Shown here one piece after another: positions 56,874 to 64,000 of a DNA stretch of 64,000 bases (position 1 is its first letter; every line of letters starts with the position of its first letter). The position numbers were made by a program, and so were the translations under genes. Below the pieces are notes generated by a model that had not been told where the DNA came from, ran no database searches, and was given only the letters and a program-made list of their open reading frames with translations. Origin of the DNA: a virus (Duplodnaviria > Heunggongvirae > Uroviricota > Caudoviricetes); IMG/VR virus record IMGVR_UViG_3300033463_000077. One strand, 5' to 3'.

Positions 56874-58106
56874 ATGTTTAGAAACTTTGTTAAAGAATAT
56901 TTGAATGAACCTGGAAAAAACCTTGATACTCTAAAAGAAGAGTTTGGTATTTCTTATCGTATTTTCAATGCAAAGAATGGAGATCTTGTCATTCTTTCTT
57001 ATTCTCAGATTGATTCTCCAAAAACCAATCCGATCGTTAGGATGTGTCGTGGATTGGTTCTTGAGATGAATACTTGGGACATTGTTTCCTATCCTTTTTA
57101 TCGTTTTTACAATTTTGAAGAAGTTCCAGAAGAACGTCTGAAATTCAATTGGAAGAAAGCAATGGCTACTGAAAAAATTGATGGTTCATTGCTGGAAGTC
57201 TTTAATTACAAAGGTGAATGGCTTATTTCCACCCGTTCAATGATCGGTGGAGAAAATGCAGTTAATGCTTTGGGTACTACGGTTAATGATATTTTTGATA
57301 TGGCAATTTCTCCAATGACTCGTAAGGAATTCTTTGAAAGACTTATTCCAAATATTTCTTATATTTTTGAAATTGTCAGTCCTTTCAATCAAATCGTTAC
57401 TCAGTGGGATGCCGCTCATCTTTATTTGATTGGTGGAAGAAGCAAAACTTTTAATGAAGAAGAATATACTTTTATCGATCTTTATGATTTGTTTGATTCT
57501 GCAATGAAAAACATTGTTAGAATTCCTAAAGTCATTTCTCTTTATGATAAAGAATCTGATGACTTTGTTGGATTTGAAAAAATGAAGATGCTTGCGGAAA
57601 CTGGAAATTCTCAGGATGAAGGTTTTGTTGTGGTGGATTTTGACAGTCTTGATAAAACTACCAATTCCTTTCCGAGAGTGAAAGTTAAAAATTCTGCTTA
57701 TGTTGCTCTTCATCATTTGAGAGGTTCTTTGGAGAATGGAGCTCCGCAATATGAAAGAATTCTTACTTTGATTTACAATAAAGAAGATGCAGAAGTTCTT
57801 TCTAATCTTCCTCATATGAAGCCTTACTTTGATGAAGTCAAAGAAAAGTTTAATAAATTCCTTGAAGAGTTTAATTCTGATTTGAAATTGATTGAAGCTG
57901 AATTGAATGATCCTCAGAAATTTATTGATCATCCTGAATTGAAGAAAGATTTTGCAATGAAGATCAAAGATTCAAAATATAAGAATTTGTTTTTCTTCAT
58001 GCTGAAGTCTTGTACCAAAACTTTCAATGAAATGGTTGATTATCAGATCAGCAAGTCAGTTGATGTTTTTGATAAACTTTGGGACTCTTATATTTCCAAG
58101 ATGTAA
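56874..58106 (+). CDS. RNA ligase 1 family (T4 Rnl1/RnlA-like)
   Basis: SYRIFNAKNGDLVILSYSQ..RMCRGLVLE..YRFYNFEE..EKIDGSL aligns with T4 Rnl1 TYRIFSYNYASYSDW..ECRGIMFE..MEKFFNLNE..TKEDGSL (motif I KxDGSL). Confidence 0.75.
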   Translation: MFRNFVKEYLNEPGKNLDTLKEEFGISYRIFNAKNGDLVILSYSQIDSPKTNPIVRMCRGLVLEMNTWDIVSYPFYRFYNFEEVPEERLKFNWKKAMATEKIDGSLLEVFNYKGEWLISTRSMIGGENAVNALGTTVNDIFDMAISPMTRKEFFERLIPNISYIFEIVSPFNQIVTQWDAAHLYLIGGRSKTFNEEEYTFIDLYDLFDSAMKNIVRIPKVISLYDKESDDFVGFEKMKMLAETGNSQDEGFVVVDFDSLDKTTNSFPRVKVKNSAYVALHHLRGSLENGAPQYERILTLIYNKEDAEVLSNLPHMKPYFDEVKEKFNKFLEEFNSDLKLIEAELNDPQKFIDHPELKKDFAMKIKDSKYKNLFFFMLKSCTKTFNEMVDYQISKSVDVFDKLWDSYISKM

Positions 58107-58145
58107 GTTTACATTTATTCAAAAAGTGTTATATTAAAATATACT
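58107..58145 (+). promoter_or_regulatory. promoter motif copy (variant) driving ncRNA + tRNA-Lys
   Basis: GTTTACATTTATTCAAAAAGTGTTATATTAAAATAT. Confidence 0.5.
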
Positions 58146-58430
58146 GATGGAAGATCGGTAGCTGATTGAAAATTTAATTGTTGTAAAAAGCTACAGTCAC
58201 ATGCGTGAAGGCCAGAAGCAAGGGCGAGATTGGAACACCGTAAAGCATGGATGATTGAGAAGAGACAGTGGACAGTTGCAAGTCAAGACCTCATTACAAC
58301 TAAGTACGGTCATGAGGAAAATCCACCGTGGTAGGCAACTAGTGGGTGGTAATGTGGAGGTAAGATTCCAAAGTCTTATGTCCAACGGAAGACGTCGAAA
58401 TCTTAGTTGACAACAATTAATTTTTTAGAT
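58146..58430 (+). ncRNA. ORF-free leader/ncRNA (~280 nt) with GCUGAUUGAAAA motif, co-transcribed with tRNA-Lys
   Basis: variant promoter 58107-58145; no ORF; runs directly into tRNA-Lys. Confidence 0.4.
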
Positions 58431-58507
58431 GGGGCCATAACTCAGTTGGCTAGAGTAGCATCCTTTTAAGATGCGAGTCGGCGGTTCGAATCCGCCTGGC
58501 CCCACCA
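58431..58507 (+). tRNA. tRNA-Lys (anticodon TTT)
   Basis: manual cloverleaf: acceptor GGGGCCA/UGGCCCC, anticodon stem GCAUC/GAUGC, loop CUUUUAA, T GGCGG-UUCGAAU-CCGCC, CCA encoded. Confidence 0.8.
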
Positions 58508-58517
58508 TTTTAATTTT

Positions 58518-58567
58518 AAGCGGGTGTAGCATAGTGGTTTATGTCCTGTCACCCGCTTCATTTTTAG
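58518..58567 (+). terminator. terminator hairpin after tRNA-Lys; stem-loop resembles acceptor stem + D-arm of a tRNA (tRNA remnant?)
   Basis: AAGCGGGUG-UAGCAUAGUGGUUUAUGUCCUGU-CACCCGCUU + CAUUUUUAG. Confidence 0.5.
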
Positions 58568-58607
58568 TTTACTTCATTTTTTGAAATGTTATATTGAAAT
58601 ATACAAA
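58567..58607 (+). promoter_or_regulatory. conserved early promoter motif copy
   Basis: motif match. Confidence 0.55.
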
Positions 58608-58628
58608 ACCATAACGGAGGAAATGAAG

Positions 58629-58928
58629 ATGGTTAAATGGACTTACGATGAAATTATTGAAACCTATGAAGCCGCTGCAAATGACATTGCTCAAATGGTT
58701 TCTAGGCTTGCAGAATACAAAGGAAAGTTTGATTTGATTTCAGACTTTACAATGGATAATATGGATCCTGTTTGTGATGCAGGTGATGCACTTGAAAAGC
58801 TGGGTGTTCTTCTTTCTTCAGTTGTGATTTATGCAAATGAGTATAAAGAGTCAAAAGAAAAAGGAGAACCGCTCGGAAAAAGAGAAACGCCTGAAGATGA
58901 GACCAAAGGAGAAGAAAATGAGCAGTAA
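58629..58928 (+). CDS. hypothetical acidic protein (99 aa)
   Basis: track ORF trimmed to MVKWTYDE after RBS ACGGAGGAAATGAAG. Confidence 0.5.
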   Translation: MVKWTYDEIIETYEAAANDIAQMVSRLAEYKGKFDLISDFTMDNMDPVCDAGDALEKLGVLLSSVVIYANEYKESKEKGEPLGKRETPEDETKGEENEQ

Positions 58929-59070
58929 AGTTTATATTGTTCAACTTGATACAAAAAATATCAGGACAATTCGGTCTTCTGAAATTATCCATGTTGGATC
59001 AATTATTGAAGATGAAATTTGGTTTGGTATTTTAATCAAAGGTGGAAAGGTAATTAAGGTGTTCAGATGA
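58918..59070 (+). CDS. small protein (50 aa)
   Basis: track ORF 58831..59070 trimmed to MSSKVYIVQLD after RBS AAAGGAGAAGAAA. Confidence 0.4.
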   Translation: MSSKVYIVQLDTKNIRTIRSSEIIHVGSIIEDEIWFGILIKGGKVIKVFR

Positions 59071-59249
59071 AGATTGAAACTTATGAAGCTTTTAAAGAAA
59101 AAATGAATTCTTATATGGATAAGATCATTGAGAAATACAAAGAAAAAGATGAAAAAGGAATTGATAAGCTTTATAATAAAATTGAAAAGCTTGAAGAAGA
59201 ATTTTCTCATTGGGCCGCAAAATATGATGAAGAAGTTTTTTCTCATTGA
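59067..59249 (+). CDS. hypothetical coiled-coil protein (60 aa)
   Basis: ORF with ATGA overlap. Confidence 0.45.
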   Translation: MKIETYEAFKEKMNSYMDKIIEKYKEKDEKGIDKLYNKIEKLEEEFSHWAAKYDEEVFSH

Positions 59250-59290
59250 AAGTTTACATGAAGAAAAAACGAGTTAAAATATAAATATAA
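59250..59290 (+). promoter_or_regulatory. promoter motif copy (variant) driving ncRNA unit
   Basis: partial motif match. Confidence 0.45.
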
Positions 59291-59745
59291 AGAAAGATGC
59301 TGATTGAAAAATTTTAATCTCAGAGTTGAGGGATTGCAGTTTGCTTAATCATTTGTTTCCTTTCTTTCATTTGGTTATTATGCGGTATGAATTGCAAAGC
59401 TGAGGGTAATTCTGGAAAGCTTCCTTTTGGAGGGATTAGGCGGCGGATTAAAAAATGAAATCAGGAGTCATCCTCCTGGACGTTTAATGCGATTGAACGG
59501 ACACGATATGGAGAATCAAAGCGCAAGGTGTAAGCAAGAAGATGCACCTCCTACTTATTGGGAAATATAAGGGGTTATAAAAAGGTCATTCCAAATCTTC
59601 ATTTAAAGGGAGTTTGTAAATGTTAAAGTTGTTCTTCCTATTAAGTATGGGTATACACATATAAAACAACGTTGACCACCGCGGTGAAATTTGGGTGTCA
59701 AAGTAACCGTGGTTAGAAACCGAACACCCATTTTTTGTCACTAGA
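59291..59745 (+). ncRNA. ORF-free transcription unit (~450 nt), GCUGAUUGAAAA-leader family
   Basis: variant promoter 59250-59290; leader motif 59300-59311; no ORF; terminator GGGUGUC..ACACCC + U6 at 59693-59745. Confidence 0.4.
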
Positions 59746-59746
59746 T

Positions 59747-59787
59747 TTTGGTTTACTTTTTGAAATGAAGTGTTATATTTTTAATAA
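59747..59787 (+). promoter_or_regulatory. conserved early promoter motif copy
   Basis: motif match. Confidence 0.6.
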
Positions 59788-59818
59788 ATCAAAAATTCAA
59801 CCATGAGGAGAATTAAAA

Positions 59819-60478
59819 ATGGGATTTTTATTGTTTATTGGTTCTATTGTTTTAGGATTGATTTCCTGGATTTTATGGGCAATTATCGCAGTTACTGTTG
59901 TGTTCGCCGCCGCAGTCATTCCTTGGTTCATATGGGACTTTTTAATGAGATGCACATTTTATAATATCATTAACTGGATTGCAAAACTTCCTTCTATCTT
60001 TGGAATCTTTTTTGGATTTGTTTTGACTTTACCGGCTGCAATCGTTTCGATTTGCATTACTTTGTGGGCATATGCAAATACTTTGTTGATTGCACTGCTT
60101 ACATTTAGAGGAGATCCTGATACAACCTTTTGCCAAGAATTTGGAACAAGATGCATTGAAGCATTTGAATCTGAAGGATGTCATCATATGATTATTGCAA
60201 GATTTTATTATGAACATTGCAAATGGATTTGGGGTGGAGCTGGATTTATGCATAGCTATTTTCCGTGGCAGAGCGGATGTGGAGAAGGCCCGTTGTTTGG
60301 AGTTGGAGAAACTCTTCCGGTTCCAATGATTATCGTAAAATTGTTTTTGTTAGCCTTTCCATATCTACTGATGTTTGTCCTCCCTCTATTTCCAGTAATA
60401 TGGAGCTTTAGTAGACCGGTTCTTGGAGCAATGGCAAAATTGCCTGCCATTAGTGAAAACGGTGATGGAAGAGATTAA
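59819..60478 (+). CDS. multi-pass membrane protein (219 aa), Cys/Trp-rich loops
   Basis: ORF, RBS GAGGAGAATTAAAA; about 5 predicted TM segments. Confidence 0.55.
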   Translation: MGFLLFIGSIVLGLISWILWAIIAVTVVFAAAVIPWFIWDFLMRCTFYNIINWIAKLPSIFGIFFGFVLTLPAAIVSICITLWAYANTLLIALLTFRGDPDTTFCQEFGTRCIEAFESEGCHHMIIARFYYEHCKWIWGGAGFMHSYFPWQSGCGEGPLFGVGETLPVPMIIVKLFLLAFPYLLMFVLPLFPVIWSFSRPVLGAMAKLPAISENGDGRD

Positions 60479-60521
60479 AAGAGATATAAATAATAAAGAA
60501 AAATGTTATAATAAAATTATT

Positions 60522-60609
60522 GGAGAGGTGGCTGAGTTGGTTTAAGGCAGCGGTCTCGAAAACCGCCGGAGTCGCAAGGCTCCCGAGGGTTCGAATCCCT
60601 CCCTCTCCG
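60522..60609 (+). tRNA. tRNA-Ser (anticodon CGA), class II
   Basis: manual fold: acceptor GGAGAGG/CCUCUCC, anticodon stem GCGGU/ACCGC, loop CUCGAAA, long variable arm GGAGUC-GCAA-GGCUCC, T GAGGG-UUCGAAU-CCCUC. Confidence 0.8.
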
Positions 60610-60635
60610 AAAACTTTAATGGAGCAAATAAAAAA

Positions 60636-61034
60636 ATGAAGAAAGCTTTGATTGTTTTATTGATTACAATGTCAGTTAGTTCTGTTTTAGCTCATCCTCC
60701 TCATCGTGGCTGCGGTCCTGGACGATGGTATGGTCCTCCGCCTAGACATCATTATTGGCAGGGACCATATTATAGAGGCGGTTATTATAGAAATGATGGA
60801 GTTAGATTAGCAGCTGATATAGTTGGTCTTGTTGGTGCAGGCTTATATATTTTGAATCCGCCTCGATCAGTTGTTGTTACTCCTCCAACACAAACTGTAA
60901 TTCAGCAGCCTATTGTTATTGAATCTCAGCAGCCAACATATATTAAAGTTATTGGTTCCGATGGAAGAGTATACTATCAAAGAGTAACACCTGAACAAGT
61001 TGTTTCACCGCCTGTTAGAGTGATAAATTATTGA
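60636..61034 (+). CDS. secreted Pro/Gly/Tyr-rich protein (132 aa)
   Basis: signal peptide MKKALIVLLITMSVSSVLA; terminator 61042-61075. Confidence 0.55.
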   Translation: MKKALIVLLITMSVSSVLAHPPHRGCGPGRWYGPPPRHHYWQGPYYRGGYYRNDGVRLAADIVGLVGAGLYILNPPRSVVVTPPTQTVIQQPIVIESQQPTYIKVIGSDGRVYYQRVTPEQVVSPPVRVINY

Positions 61035-61041
61035 CAATTGT

Positions 61042-61075
61042 AAAGAATGGATTCTTCCATTCTTTTTTTTTTTGT
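61042..61075 (+). terminator. rho-independent terminator
   Basis: AAAGAAUGGA-UUCU-UCCAUUCUUU + U11. Confidence 0.65.
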
Positions 61076-61116
61076 GTTTACTTTTTGAATTTTATTGTTA
61101 TATTAAAATAATAAAC
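61076..61116 (+). promoter_or_regulatory. conserved early promoter motif copy
   Basis: motif match. Confidence 0.6.
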
Positions 61117-61130
61117 GAAGGAGTTTGAAA

Positions 61131-61283
61131 AATGTCTACTTCTAAATTTCGTAAAATGAGCAAGAAACTTCATTGGGGACGTTCCAGAGATTGGGGAAAG
61201 AAAAGCGGTAAAGGAATTAAGGGAATTTCCTTTTATACTGGTTCTGATCGCGCCGCTCTGAAGAAGATTGAAGCGGAAGATTG
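61131..61283 (+). CDS. small basic protein (50 aa)
   Basis: hand-found ORF MSTSKFRKMSKKLHWGRSRDWGKKSGKGIK..., RBS AAGGAGTTTGAAAA. Confidence 0.4.
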
Positions 61284-61286
61284 AAA

Positions 61287-61325
61287 TTTTAACGGTTTAC
61301 TTTTTGAATTCAAGTGTTATATTAA
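61287..61325 (+). promoter_or_regulatory. conserved promoter motif copy (orphan, drives R1 element)
   Basis: motif match. Confidence 0.55.
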
Positions 61326-61420
61326 AATATCAACCAGAGAATCAAAGAGAACCTTTAATTCCTGTTTACCCAAAGGGGTGGGGAAAAGTGTTTACATAAA
61401 ACTATTAGTTTTTTGAATTA
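61326..61420 (+). ncRNA. orphan promoter-driven short element (repeat family R1 copy) with mini-terminator
   Basis: promoter 61287-61325; ..CCTGTTTACCCAAAGGGGTGGGGAAAAGTGT..; AAAACUAUUAGUUUUUUG hairpin. Confidence 0.35.
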
Positions 61421-61425
61421 AACGG

Positions 61426-61466
61426 TTTACTTTTTGAATTCCACTGTTATATTATAATATCAAAAG
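61426..61466 (+). promoter_or_regulatory. conserved promoter motif copy (orphan, 35-nt product)
   Basis: motif match. Confidence 0.5.
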
Positions 61467-61501
61467 AAAGGAAAAATTGATCGGATGTAAAGGAAAAACC
61501 C

Positions 61502-61542
61502 GGTTTACTTTTTGAATTCTGCTGTTATATTAAAATAACAAC
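61502..61542 (+). promoter_or_regulatory. conserved early promoter motif copy
   Basis: motif match. Confidence 0.6.
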
Positions 61543-61566
61543 CACAACCAATAAGGAGATTGAAAA

Positions 61567-61950
61567 ATGAAAGGTAACAAAGTTTGGCTCAGTTACAAAA
61601 AGTATTTTCAGACCACTGAATGCATGATCATGGTTGCTTTGGCAACTGATATGGACTGTCGGTATCATCCGAGGATTTATTTGAAGTGGCGACCGGATGA
61701 TCTTTGGCATAATCATGCCGGTGGCGGATACTGGTATAAAGGTCCGGATGGCCAGAAAAATGCCATGGAGCAGGCGATGGAAATGTTCCATTCTGAATTT
61801 GATAAAGACTTCCCAATTGAGATCAATTATTCTCAGGACAATGCACTCTGCTTCGGAGGTAATTTTGATGATGAAATTACCATGAAGGAAAAGATCATTG
61901 AATGCCTTATGGTGAATTTTCCTGAGGTCAAATTTGGATTTACGAACTGA
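61567..61950 (+). CDS. hypothetical protein (127 aa)
   Basis: ORF, RBS TAAGGAGATTGAAAA. Confidence 0.5.
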   Translation: MKGNKVWLSYKKYFQTTECMIMVALATDMDCRYHPRIYLKWRPDDLWHNHAGGGYWYKGPDGQKNAMEQAMEMFHSEFDKDFPIEINYSQDNALCFGGNFDDEITMKEKIIECLMVNFPEVKFGFTN

Positions 61951-61967
61951 TAAAAGAGGAGAATGCA

Positions 61968-62126
61968 ATGAAACAGTACAATGTTTATTGGCGATTCAAA
62001 GGGAAAGAGTTTTTGCTGATGCCTTGGAATGTTACGAAGGTGAATGCTGATACAAAGAAAGAAGCTACTCAGCAGATCAAAAACGATCTTGAAAATATTA
62101 AAGTCATAAGAGTTGAGGAGATTTAA
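61968..62126 (+). CDS. small protein (52 aa)
   Basis: hand-found ORF MKQYNVYWRFKGKEFLLMPWNVTKVNADTKKEATQQ..., RBS AAAGAGGAGAATGCA. Confidence 0.4.
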   Translation: MKQYNVYWRFKGKEFLLMPWNVTKVNADTKKEATQQIKNDLENIKVIRVEEI

Positions 62127-62128
62127 TT

Positions 62129-62572
62129 ATGTCCACGAGTGCAGGCGTTTTTATTAAGAATGAAGATGGGACTTATACTGGAACTGAAATTTGTAATGAC
62201 GGTTATATTGAAATTGTTCGTCCTAACCGTCTTAAATCTCCTGAAGGATATGGAGCAGGGTGGTTGCTTGCAAAGTATTGGCACAACAAAGATGAGATCA
62301 AAAAATTGGCTAAAGGAAATGCCGTTCGCAATCTTGGTCAGGATTATACTGATACGGAATTTTATGATTGGCGACAGCATGGTCTTGATAAATTGACTTT
62401 CAAACAAGTCAAGAATCTTGGATATATCTACATTTACATTTTCAATGGTGATGGATGGGTTGTGATCAATACTGATTCAAAACCTTTCAAAGATCAATGT
62501 CTTATGTTGGACAGCTTCCTTGATTATAATGATCCTTGCAGATTTTATGATCATAAAAATTTTTGGAATTGA
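62129..62572 (+). CDS. hypothetical protein (147 aa)
   Basis: ORF, RBS GAGGAGATTTAATT. Confidence 0.5.
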   Translation: MSTSAGVFIKNEDGTYTGTEICNDGYIEIVRPNRLKSPEGYGAGWLLAKYWHNKDEIKKLAKGNAVRNLGQDYTDTEFYDWRQHGLDKLTFKQVKNLGYIYIYIFNGDGWVVINTDSKPFKDQCLMLDSFLDYNDPCRFYDHKNFWN

Positions 62573-62574
62573 GG

Positions 62575-62613
62575 TTTACTTTTTGAATTCCACTGTTATA
62601 TTAAAATAACAAC
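62575..62613 (+). promoter_or_regulatory. conserved early promoter motif copy
   Basis: motif match. Confidence 0.6.
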
Positions 62614-62630
62614 CAATTAAGGAGTTTAAT

Positions 62631-62927
62631 ATGACAAAGAAAACAAAGATCATGAATTTCGTTGAGTCCGTTGGCGGAGTCATTGGACGAAAGGGTCTGG
62701 TCAAATTTATTGTTGAAATAAATGGAATGACCTTTGATCCGATCAAGCATCGTGGATATTACAGCTGTCATCTTCAGACCACAGGTCATAAGTGGCTTCC
62801 TTGGTGCAGCGGATATCGGCTCTGCGGCCTTGATGGTAAACAGCTTGGATATTTGATGAGAGAATCAAAGAATGAAAGGCGGCATCTTCGTTTGATTAAT
62901 CGTGGAATTTATAAACTTGTGAAATAA
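62631..62927 (+). CDS. hypothetical protein, paralog family E
   Basis: ORF, RBS TAAGGAGTTTAAT; related to 21738..21992 and 22054..22311. Confidence 0.5.
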   Translation: MTKKTKIMNFVESVGGVIGRKGLVKFIVEINGMTFDPIKHRGYYSCHLQTTGHKWLPWCSGYRLCGLDGKQLGYLMRESKNERRHLRLINRGIYKLVK

Positions 62928-62928
62928 T

Positions 62929-62969
62929 GGTTTACTTTTTGAATTCCGATGTTATATTAAAATATCAAA
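62929..62969 (+). promoter_or_regulatory. conserved early promoter motif copy
   Basis: motif match. Confidence 0.6.
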
Positions 62970-62997
62970 CAACCACCAATAATTAAGGAGACGAAAA

Positions 62998-63357
62998 ATG
63001 GCAACACTTACCACCAAATTCAATGTTGGAGATGAAGTTTTTATTCTCAAGGCCGGTGCGGAACTAGAGGAAGCTGATTGTGGAGGGATTGATCTTCTTG
63101 AAAGCATTCTTTCCGGAATCAGAAAATTGAGGATTAAAAACATCGTTTTGGATAAAGATGGGGTTAAATATAATACCTCTGATGATGATTTGGATCTTTA
63201 TCAGGAATCTCAGCTTTTTGCTTCCGAGAAAGAGGTGGTCTTCAAAATCATTGCCGATCTGAAAAACCATCTTGAAGAAAATCTTAAACAGACCAATGAT
63301 CTGATCAAAGATCTTGAGAAAGATTATGAAGGATGCCGTGAAAAAATTTCAGAGTAA
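62998..63357 (+). CDS. hypothetical acidic coiled-coil protein (119 aa)
   Basis: ORF; identical promoter-RBS cassette ..CAACCACCAATAATTAAGGAGACGAAAAATG as next gene. Confidence 0.5.
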   Translation: MATLTTKFNVGDEVFILKAGAELEEADCGGIDLLESILSGIRKLRIKNIVLDKDGVKYNTSDDDLDLYQESQLFASEKEVVFKIIADLKNHLEENLKQTNDLIKDLEKDYEGCREKISE

Positions 63358-63360
63358 TGG

Positions 63361-63399
63361 TTTACTTTTTGAATTCCGCTGTTATATTATAATATCGAA
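63361..63399 (+). promoter_or_regulatory. conserved early promoter motif copy
   Basis: motif match. Confidence 0.6.
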
Positions 63400-63428
63400 C
63401 AACCACCAATAATTAAGGAGACGAAAAA

Positions 63429-64000
63429 TGAGTACCATTAACATCGACATGCACAACCTGGTTTCTTCGGAAGAAATCTACAACATCATCAAAACCTCTG
63501 CCGAAACCTTGATCAATGATCCCAGTCTTGCCGGTTCTCTTCCGGCAATTATGCTCCGTGGAGCACCTGGGGTCGGCAAAAGCACCATCGTTCGGTCCGT
63601 GGCAAAAGAACTTGGCATCGGATTTATCGATGTTCGGTTGGCTCAGATGGAACGAGTTGACTTTGCTGGCCTTCCGTCGGTCCGCGAAGGTATGACCGAA
63701 TGGAATGTTCCGAGTTTTTGGCCCCGTGATATGAAGTCCAAAGGCATCATTCTGTTGGATGAGATCACTTCGGCTCCGTCTGATTGTCAGGTCGCTGCTT
63801 ATTCGGTGGTTTTGGATCGGCGGATTCCGAATAGCAATTATGTTCTTCCGAATGGATGGCTGATCGTTGCTGCAGGCAACAGAACCTGTGATCGAGCTGT
63901 GGTTAAGACCATGTCCTCCGCTTTGGCCAACCGTTTCGTTCACTTTGAGGTGGAAGCCAATTCCGAAGATTGGGTCAAATGGGCGATCGTCAATGATATC
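63429..64000 (+). CDS. AAA+ ATPase, MoxR-like family, partial (runs off window end), higher GC
   Basis: hand-translated: Walker A LRGAPGVGKST, Walker B IILLDEI; RBS AAGGAGACGAAAA; track minus ORF 63413..63943 is antisense artefact. Confidence 0.7.

Noticed and set aside
63413-63943. Track minus ORF 63413..63943 (176 aa)
   Set aside because: Antisense to the RBS-preceded AAA+ ATPase gene with Walker A/B motifs; typical shadow ORF in high-GC sequence.

Overview
Scope and method: every call below was made by eye from the sequence and the supplied ORF track. Coordinates for listed ORFs come from the track, with starts moved to the internal ATG that follows the promoter and RBS. Coordinates for small genes, tRNAs, promoters and terminators were indexed by hand and may be off by 1-3 nt. 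No searches were run; product names rest on recognised motifs only. Overall: a densely packed, AT-rich region (about 33-35% GC, with 55-60% GC islands) of a large virulent-type phage with strong AAGGAG(A) Shine-Dalgarno sites, so a Firmicute-like host is likely. Essentially every gene or 2-4-gene mini-operon is preceded by a copy of one highly conserved ~40-bp motif, GTTTACTTTTTGAATTC-N3-TGTTATATTAAAATA (GTTTAC, 17-bp spacer, extended -10 TGnTATATT). I count about 100 copies. This looks like the early, host-sigma-A-transcribed region. Layout: positions 1-28.1 kb hold about 75 mostly small genes on the minus strand; 28.2-64 kb hold about 65 genes on the plus strand. A complex strand-switch region lies at 24.7-26.2 kb, with inverted paralogs, orphan promoters and a bidirectional terminator. 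Recognisable products form an RNA/DNA end-healing and sealing toolkit: T4 Rnl2-like RNA ligase, T4 Rnl1-like RNA ligase, Pnk-like P-loop polynucleotide kinase, HAD phosphatase, calcineurin-like metallophosphoesterase, NAD-dependent DNA ligase LigA, Pol X polymerase and a CMP/dCMP-type deaminase. Others include a full-length IF3 homologue, an SPFH/flotillin-like protein, a PTP/DSP-type Cys phosphatase, a zinc-finger plus DUF559-like endonuclease in an AT-rich island, and a MoxR-type AAA ATPase at the window end. There are nine tRNA or tRNA-like genes. One is split by a 249-nt group-I-like intron in the anticodon loop, and two have aberrant anticodon arms. At least six promoter-driven, terminator-bounded ORF-free transcription units of 0.3-0.9 kb share a GCTGATTGAAAA leader motif. 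I interpret these as a family of phage-encoded structured ncRNAs, possibly large ornate RNAs of the kind found near tRNAs in Firmicute phages. Several small orphan promoter-driven elements and many paralogous small-gene families are also present, including a six-member family with histone-H1-like Lys/Ala/Arg-rich tails.
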